From Microbacteriaceae bacterium (GTDB taxonomy: Bacteria; Actinomycetota; Actinomycetes; Actinomycetales; Microbacteriaceae), in NCBI GenBank assembly GCA_043754275.1, contig JAYUVE010000042.1:10124-74123 (forward strand): a DNA stretch of 64,000 bases, written 5' to 3'. Under the pieces are notes generated by a model. The model ran no database searches, had not been told where the DNA came from, and worked only from the letters and a program-made list of their open reading frames with translations. Made by a program: the position numbers and the translations under genes. Shown here piece after piece: positions 58,141 to 64,000 of this stretch; the first letter of the stretch is position 1; each line of letters begins with the position of its first letter.

Positions 58141-59592
58141 CTAGAGCGCGTCATGCGTGAATCTTCCTCCCAGAAGAGTCGCGGCGACAGGCATCGCCCG
58201 CAGTTGCTCCTCGGTCGCCGTGAGCGGATCGATCTCGACGATGGCGAGATCGGCCACTGCTCCGACTTCCACTCTCCCTTGCACCGACGAGGCGATCGCC
58301 AGCTCAGTCGAGATGCACTGCTCCGGATGCCACGGCTCCCGCCCCCGCGACCGCCCGACCGCCGCGGCGATCGTCACCCACGGGTCGAGCGGCGCGACGG
58401 GGGCGTCCGAGCCCATCAGTAGCTCGGCCCCCGCCGCGGAGAGTGACTTCAGCGCGAAGCTGCGTTGCGTGCGGCCCTCCCAGTAGCGGTCGGCGACATC
58501 CCGATCGTCCATGGCCTGCTCTGGCTGCACGCTCGCCGCGACACCGAGGTAATCGAAGCGCGCAAAGTCGACCTCGGCGAGCAACTGCGCGTGCTCGATC
58601 CGACCGGTGATGCCGAGCGCCTCGAACGCGTCGAGGGCGAGGCTGTTCGCCTCGTCCCCGATGGCGTGCACCGCGGGTGACAGCCCAGCCGCCGTGGCCC
58701 GCCGCAGCCAGTCGCGCAGTTCGGAAGGCTCTACGGTGAGCTCCCCGCGGTAGTCGCCCATGCCCGGATACGGGTCGGCGCAGAAGGCGGTGCGCGCGTT
58801 GAGCGACCCGTCGGTGATGATCTTGAAAGGCCCGACCTCGAGCAGATCACCCAAGCGCGCGCCCGTGCGCAGGCCCCTGGAGATCGCCCGATCGAGGTAC
58901 TGCGGGTAGACCCCGGCTCGCACCCGCTGGGTGTCGAAGCCCCTGGCCTGGCGGCGGCGCCAGTCGTCGAAGGTCCAGGCCATTTCGAGGTCGACGATTC
59001 CGACGACACCGCGCGCGGCCGCGGCGCGTCCCGCGACGGCGACCCAGCCGTCGAGCACGTCATCGGGCACGTCGCCCAGCGCGCCGATGACCGCGAAGCA
59101 TTCGTCTTCGCGGAGTACGCCGGTGGCGTGGCCGGCGTGCCCGAAACGCTCCAGGGCCGCGGAGTTGAGCCAGCAGGAGTGCAGGTCTCCGCCGATGAGC
59201 ACCGCCGGGATGTGGGGCACTGTCGTGTCGAGCAGCTCGCGGGCCGGGGCATCCGGCCAGAGTCCGTCGCGATATCCCACGCCGACGAGCACCGCGCCAT
59301 TGCCCGGTGTCGGCTGACGGCCAGCGATCGCGGCGGCTTCGGCAGCGGATGACGCGCCCGACAGGTCAAACCGCTGGCGTGACATGGCCCACTGGCTCAT
59401 GTGCACGTGCTGGTCCCAGAGCCCGGGGAGGATCCAGCGGTCACCGAGATCGACGCCGGCCCCGAGCCCCGTCCCGATCTCGGCGATAGTTCCATCCATG
59501 ATCCGCAGGTCGACGAGCCGGTCGCCGAGCCGCGCGTTACTGAGGATCAGGGTGCTGCTCGGGTTCACGCCGGCTGTCACGGTGCTAGTCAC
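58141..59592 (-). CDS. YtcJ-like amidohydrolase
   Basis: PGLWDQHVH, DGSL, VHAIGD, RIEHAQ, GSDAPV. Confidence 0.88.
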   Translation of the reverse strand: MTSTVTAGVNPSSTLILSNARLGDRLVDLRIMDGTIAEIGTGLGAGVDLGDRWILPGLWDQHVHMSQWAMSRQRFDLSGASSAAEAAAIAGRQPTPGNGAVLVGVGYRDGLWPDAPARELLDTTVPHIPAVLIGGDLHSCWLNSAALERFGHAGHATGVLREDECFAVIGALGDVPDDVLDGWVAVAGRAAAARGVVGIVDLEMAWTFDDWRRRQARGFDTQRVRAGVYPQYLDRAISRGLRTGARLGDLLEVGPFKIITDGSLNARTAFCADPYPGMGDYRGELTVEPSELRDWLRRATAAGLSPAVHAIGDEANSLALDAFEALGITGRIEHAQLLAEVDFARFDYLGVAASVQPEQAMDDRDVADRYWEGRTQRSFALKSLSAAGAELLMGSDAPVAPLDPWVTIAAAVGRSRGREPWHPEQCISTELAIASSVQGRVEVGAVADLAIVEIDPLTATEEQLRAMPVAATLLGGRFTHDAL

Positions 59593-60202
59593 CGTGGCGC
59601 AACCGCCGCATCTCGCGCGCGAGCCCGTGGTTCGAGTAGTTCTCCCCCGACTGCAGTTCGTCGATGATGCGGTCTACGACCTCTTGCGACTTGTTCTGGC
59701 TGAGCTTGAGGCGCGCGTCGAAACGGTCCACTTTCAGGCGCAGACCGACGGTTCCCTTGGCGATGCGGCGCGCAGCCTGCTCGTCGACGCTGAGGTGCAC
59801 GGGCTGCGGCATCCGGTCTTCAAAGTGGTCGACGAGATTCTCGAGCACGTGGAAGTTCTCCTCATCGGAGAGCAACTCGGGTGTTCCGTAGAGGTGGGCA
59901 GTGACGTGGTTCCAGGTCGGAACGAAATCAGTGGGCTCATACCAGCCGGGCGAGATGTAGCCGTGCGGTCCCTGGATGATGACTAGCACCTCGTGCTGCC
60001 CAAGCTCGTGCAGCTGCTCGTCGGGGCGCCCGACATGGCTCACAATCGAGATGCCGTCTGCATCTTCTTCCAGCATCACCGGGTAGTGGCTCGCCACCAA
60101 TCCGTTCGCGGTGTTCGACACGATCGTCGCCCACGGATTCTCCCGAATGAGTCGCTTGACCTCTTCGGGGTCGGTGAGCAGGTAGCCGGGGGTCTGGCGC
60201 AT
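59585..60202 (-). CDS. PaiB-like FMN-binding protein
   Basis: GPHGYISPGWY, VPTWNH..AH.YG, KLSQNK. Confidence 0.88.
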   Translation of the reverse strand: MRQTPGYLLTDPEEVKRLIRENPWATIVSNTANGLVASHYPVMLEEDADGISIVSHVGRPDEQLHELGQHEVLVIIQGPHGYISPGWYEPTDFVPTWNHVTAHLYGTPELLSDEENFHVLENLVDHFEDRMPQPVHLSVDEQAARRIAKGTVGLRLKVDRFDARLKLSQNKSQEVVDRIIDELQSGENYSNHGLAREMRRLRHGD

Positions 60203-60222
60203 GCCCCTAGCTTGTCACCAAG

Positions 60223-61194
60223 TCAGGCCTGGTCCTTCGGGCACCAGTACAGCTTGCGGCCGCCGATCTCTTCCATCACGATCGGGGTACCGCAGACCCG
60301 GCAGGGCTCGCCGGTGCGGTGGTAGACCCAGTGCCGGTCGGAGCGGCTCGCGAGCGCGCCGTCGTAGGCCTCGGGGCTGAGGCCATCCATGGTCATCATC
60401 TGGCCGGTCTGCACCCCGATTGTCAAGAGCTTTGCCCAGTCGCGCCAGAGTTCGCGCACGGTTTCTTCGGGCAGGTCGCGGCCCGGGATGTGCGGGTTGA
60501 GCCCGGCGCGGAACAGCAGCTCAGCGCGGTAGACATTGCCGATGCCGGCGACGACCGACTGATCCATGAGCAACAGGCAGATCGGGGTGGGCTTCTTCTT
60601 CACGGTTGCCACGAAGCGGTCTTCGGCGGCCTTGCCGGAGTCCACTATCGGGTCGGGACCGAGCTTATTGACCTGGGCCTGCACCTCGTCGGAACGCAGC
60701 ACGTTGCAGGCGGTGGGCCCGCGCAGGTCGGCGACTGTGGCATCCGTCAGGAGGCGCACGCGCACCGCGCCGATGGGTTCGGGCGGGAAGGCTTCGGTCA
60801 GTGCCGACTCCTGCTCCTGCTCAGCCATCCGCAGCCTGGTCCGCCGCGGTGCACCAATCGACGCGAGCGAGTCTTCGAACTGGCCTACGACGGTGCCGCG
60901 CTGGTTGGTCTGCCCGATGCGTCCGTTCGCGGATGCCATCGTCGCGTCTGCGGTGATGTCACCCGCGAAATCCCAGGCTCCGTAGAGCCCAAGGTGCACG
61001 TGCAGCCAAAGGTCGTTGTCGAACTCGAGGAACATCTGCTTGCCCACGGCCATGGCCTGCGTCATCCGGTGCCCATCGAGCTGGGCAGCCCCGGCCGCGA
61101 ACCGCCCTTGCGGAGAGGATGCAGCGACCTCTTTGCCCACGAAGTGCAGCCCGAACTGGCGCGCGATGCGGTGTACCGAATGCCCCTCGGGCAT
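60223..61194 (-). CDS. nei: Fpg/Nei family DNA glycosylase
   Basis: N-terminal PEG, HLGLYG, GIGNVY, C-terminal CRVC..WCP. Confidence 0.9.
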   Translation of the reverse strand: MPEGHSVHRIARQFGLHFVGKEVAASSPQGRFAAGAAQLDGHRMTQAMAVGKQMFLEFDNDLWLHVHLGLYGAWDFAGDITADATMASANGRIGQTNQRGTVVGQFEDSLASIGAPRRTRLRMAEQEQESALTEAFPPEPIGAVRVRLLTDATVADLRGPTACNVLRSDEVQAQVNKLGPDPIVDSGKAAEDRFVATVKKKPTPICLLLMDQSVVAGIGNVYRAELLFRAGLNPHIPGRDLPEETVRELWRDWAKLLTIGVQTGQMMTMDGLSPEAYDGALASRSDRHWVYHRTGEPCRVCGTPIVMEEIGGRKLYWCPKDQA

Positions 61195-61682
61195 CAGGCG
61201 CCTATCTCGTGGCCGGCGATCAGCCCCGTGGACTCATACTCAGCCAGCTGGGCGATTCGCCGCGCGTGGCGCTCCTCGCCCGAGAAGGGCTCGGCGATGA
61301 AGACGTCGATGAAGTGCTTGGCCTCGTCAACGGTGTGTTGGCGTGCCCCGATCGAGATGAGGTTGGCGTCGTTGTGCTGCCGTGCCAGCAGGGCGGTCGA
61401 CTCGTTCCAGACCAGGGCCGCCCGCGCACCCTTGACCTTGTTGGCCGCAATCTGCTCGCCGTTGCCGGAGCCGCCGAAGACGATGCCGAGGCACTCGACC
61501 CCTGCCGCCTGGTCGTGAACGACGGCGAGCGCGGCGTTAATGCAGAAGGAGGGATAGTCGTCCAGCGCGTCGTAGGTCTTCGGGCCGTGATCGACCACCT
61601 CGTGACCGGCCGCGCGCAAGTGCTGCTGCAGGTCTTCGCTGAACTCGAGGCCGGCGTGGTCGGTCGCGATGTGGATGCGCAT
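61194..61682 (-). CDS. rpiB: Ribose-5-phosphate isomerase B
   Basis: ATDHAG, DDYP, GGSGNGEQIAANK, RHARRI. Confidence 0.95.
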   Translation of the reverse strand: MRIHIATDHAGLEFSEDLQQHLRAAGHEVVDHGPKTYDALDDYPSFCINAALAVVHDQAAGVECLGIVFGGSGNGEQIAANKVKGARAALVWNESTALLARQHNDANLISIGARQHTVDEAKHFIDVFIAEPFSGEERHARRIAQLAEYESTGLIAGHEIGA

Positions 61683-61701
61683 TTGCCCAGTCTAAAAGGG
61701 C

Positions 61702-62284
61702 TCAGCCCTCGTAGAACCCAGTCAGCCCGAGCAGGCGCGTCTGCTTGTCGGAACGCTCTGGCACAGGCACCTCAGCGCCGATCACGTGCCATTTGCGCAG
61801 CACTTCCGCCTGCGGCTCCACCGAATCCCACAGACCGTCGACGAGGGCGTCAGGCATCTTCCAGTCGAGACCGATGAGCCTCGCGATCGACACCGCCTGG
61901 AACCCTCGGTAGTAGCTGGTGTGCTCGAAGTAGACCGCGATCGGGTAGTCGCCGTAACTCAGGTGCGCGATCGCGTCGAGGTCGACGACCGCATTCACCG
62001 CCGCCGTTGCCAGGTCATTGAGTCGGTCGTATGCAGCAATCGGGTCTGCGCCCAGCAGGTCACCCTTCCATGCGTCGCCGACCTCCTCGATCGTGCGACC
62101 GGCGAGCACGTCGGGCACCCAAGCCTCATCCTTTGGCATGGAGCGCGAGGATGCCGCGCAGGTCGGCAACCGGCGTGCTGCTCCATGACGCGGGGACGGG
62201 CAGCGTGAGTTGCTGTGGCGTGATGCTGTCGATGACGTCGCGGAGCGCGGCATCTGCGAGCAGGAAGAGGTCTTTGGCGGTCAT
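61702..62284 (-). pseudogene. Mycothiol-dependent maleylpyruvate isomerase/TIGR03086-like protein, frameshifted
   Basis: MTAKDLFLLADAALRDV...ILALHAK joins DEAWVPDVLAG if one A is removed from GCCAAAGGAT (62132-62134). Confidence 0.75.
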
Positions 62285-62369
62285 AGCGGCGACGGTAGCG
62301 GCAGGAGCCGACATCTGGTTTTTCGGCGCTCGCGGGAGGACACTTGAACCCAAGATTCGGGAGGATGCC

Positions 62370-63020
62370 ATGAAGCCGATTGCCACGCCAGAACTGATGC
62401 CCACGCTCTCGGCGGGTCGGCACCGCACCGCCCGACAGGGCGCCTGCTTCATGGAGTTCGCCTCCTACCTGGCCGGCGAGCGCTGGAGTGACCACCCGGC
62501 CTGCACCCATCCGCTGCTCGCGGCCCTGGCGCGAGACGTCAACGACCTCACCAGCGACGACGGGCGCTCCGCTCTCATGCCACTCGTGACCCGGGTAATC
62601 GGCCTCAACGGGGATGACCCGTTGCTGCAAGCATCGCTGGCCGTCCGAGCTGGTGTCGCGGCGCTCCCGATCGCCAGCATGGAACGGCAGCGTGCCCTCG
62701 CCGCGGGGTTGCTCGGCGTCATCGCGTCGGTCGACTCCCCCGAGTTGTCCGCTCTGGCCGAGGATGCTCTTGCCGCGGTTCCGGATGCTGAGCGCTGGGC
62801 CCGCGGATACCTTGCGACCAGCGGCATCCCACATTCCTTCAGCAGCCGCGCGGCAACGGCGATTGTGCACACTGCGGTCGTCGGCATTGCGCTCGCCTGC
62901 GTGCCCGATGGGGATGCCCGGCTCGCCGCCCTGCTCGAGGACGCGATCAGCACCACCGAGGCGATCGTCGGAGCCGTCCCCGCTGCCGAAACTGTCGAGG
63001 CGGCGCTGCAGCTCGCATAG
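62370..63020 (+). CDS. Actinobacterial hypothetical protein
   Basis: GGAGG RBS; LSAGRH..GACFMEFASYLAGERWSDHPACTHP. Confidence 0.75.
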   Translation: MKPIATPELMPTLSAGRHRTARQGACFMEFASYLAGERWSDHPACTHPLLAALARDVNDLTSDDGRSALMPLVTRVIGLNGDDPLLQASLAVRAGVAALPIASMERQRALAAGLLGVIASVDSPELSALAEDALAAVPDAERWARGYLATSGIPHSFSSRAATAIVHTAVVGIALACVPDGDARLAALLEDAISTTEAIVGAVPAAETVEAALQLA

Positions 63021-63623
63021 TTACTTGCCGATGTTGGTGATGCTGTCGATCAGCCAGCCGTTGTCGCCCTTGACCAGGCGATAGTCGAGTTCGTAGCTCT
63101 GCTCGTCATCGGGCGTCGTGTCTTTCTCTGACGTCGTAACATCAGCTGTATCGCCGGAGATCTTGGTGCTGTTGACCACGACCGTGTAGTGGTAAACACC
63201 GTTGTCGTGCAGGCCCGTGGCGATGGGCTCCCACTCGTCGCAGGTGAAGCCATCGGTGAAGTAGCCGTTCTGGAAGTCGGTCGTGGTGGTCGCCTGGAAC
63301 AGCGCACAGTCGGTGCGCTTGAACGAGTCGTCGAAAGCAATAACTGTCGCCGCCGGTGAGCTGGCGCCGTTGGTCGAACTGAGCAGCGCGCCAACCGCGA
63401 GGCTTACCCCGACGATGATCAGGATCAGCAGCAGCACTCCGCCGCCGAGGATGAACGGCCAGATCTTGCGCTTGGCCGGGCCGACGGGGTACGGCGCGGT
63501 GGGCGTCGAGGCGGAGGGGGTCGATGCTGCGACGACCTCAGGGGCCGCACCATCGACGGGTGGAGTGGGGATGGCCGGGACCGAGTCTGGGGCCGGGGGA
63601 ACTGGGGGAACGTCCTGTGCCAT
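63021..63623 (-). CDS. Membrane-anchored protein with Pro-rich N-terminus and NTF2-like C-domain
   Basis: GGAG RBS, TM helix, Cys pair, ISGDTADV...YRLVK.DNGWLID. Confidence 0.7.
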   Translation of the reverse strand: MAQDVPPVPPAPDSVPAIPTPPVDGAAPEVVAASTPSASTPTAPYPVGPAKRKIWPFILGGGVLLLILIIVGVSLAVGALLSSTNGASSPAATVIAFDDSFKRTDCALFQATTTTDFQNGYFTDGFTCDEWEPIATGLHDNGVYHYTVVVNSTKISGDTADVTTSEKDTTPDDEQSYELDYRLVKGDNGWLIDSITNIGK

Positions 63624-63747
63624 GACATCTCCAATGCTGGGTGCTGACAGCGTAGCGCTCGGCCCCAGTGCCCCGTCAACGACCCTGGGCCTGAGGTTAG
63701 GCTTGCTAGTCGGACACGATCCGACCGCAGAGCCCAAGGAGCGAGCA

Positions 63748-64000
63748 GTGCCAGGAGAGAACCTCACCCGAGTCGAAGCCCAAGAGCGCAAGGCTCTTGT
63801 CGATGTCAAGAGTTACGACATCGCCCTCGACCTCACCACCGGTGCCGAAACTTTCGCCAGCACGACGGTCGTGACTTTCAGCGCGAAGGCCGGGGCCTCG
63901 ACCTTCATCGACGCGATCACCCACACGGTGCACTCGATCACGCTCAACGGTGTTGCCGTCGACACCGGCGAGTCAGACGGCGTGCGCATCCAGCTCCGCG
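63748..64000 (+). CDS. pepN: Aminopeptidase N (5' part, truncated by the window)
   Basis: MPGENLTRVEAQER...YDIALDLT...STFID; AAGGAG RBS. Confidence 0.88.
   Translation, partial: MPGENLTRVEAQERKALVDVKSYDIALDLTTGAETFASTTVVTFSAKAGASTFIDAITHTVHSITLNGVAVDTGESDGVRIQLR

Overview
High-GC actinobacterial chromosome segment; gene content and order suggest Microbacteriaceae. The core backbone comprises rne, VKOR-DsbA, ndk-folC-ileS with a translational T-box, valS, an M3 peptidase, tRNA-Pro-tig-clpP1-clpP2-clpX, tRNA-Gly, nei-rpiB and the start of pepN. Accessory parts are a Cys-repeat sortase-anchored surface protein next to an HxlR-BTAD regulator, a DUF222-HNH gene behind a LexA-like box, a probable cycloalternan uptake/catabolism operon, a RHH/Doc toxin-antitoxin pair and an integrase-less ~3 kb island at tRNA-Gly. 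Two candidates stand out. (1) An IS110/IS1111-type element whose ends can be read by comparison with an empty copy of its target 3 kb away; its downstream non-coding region carries recognisable target and donor guide segments (bridge/seekRNA). (2) A three-copy covarying CCCCGAA-loop pseudoknot motif plus a CCCCC-N5-GGGGG operator in the leaders of two stand-alone DUF2510 microproteins flanking a 936-aa membrane protein. Several single-base lesions (marR nonsense, benE ATC start, one frameshift, ClpX NHDKR) may be real decay or assembly errors. All calls come from reading the sequence; no searches were run.
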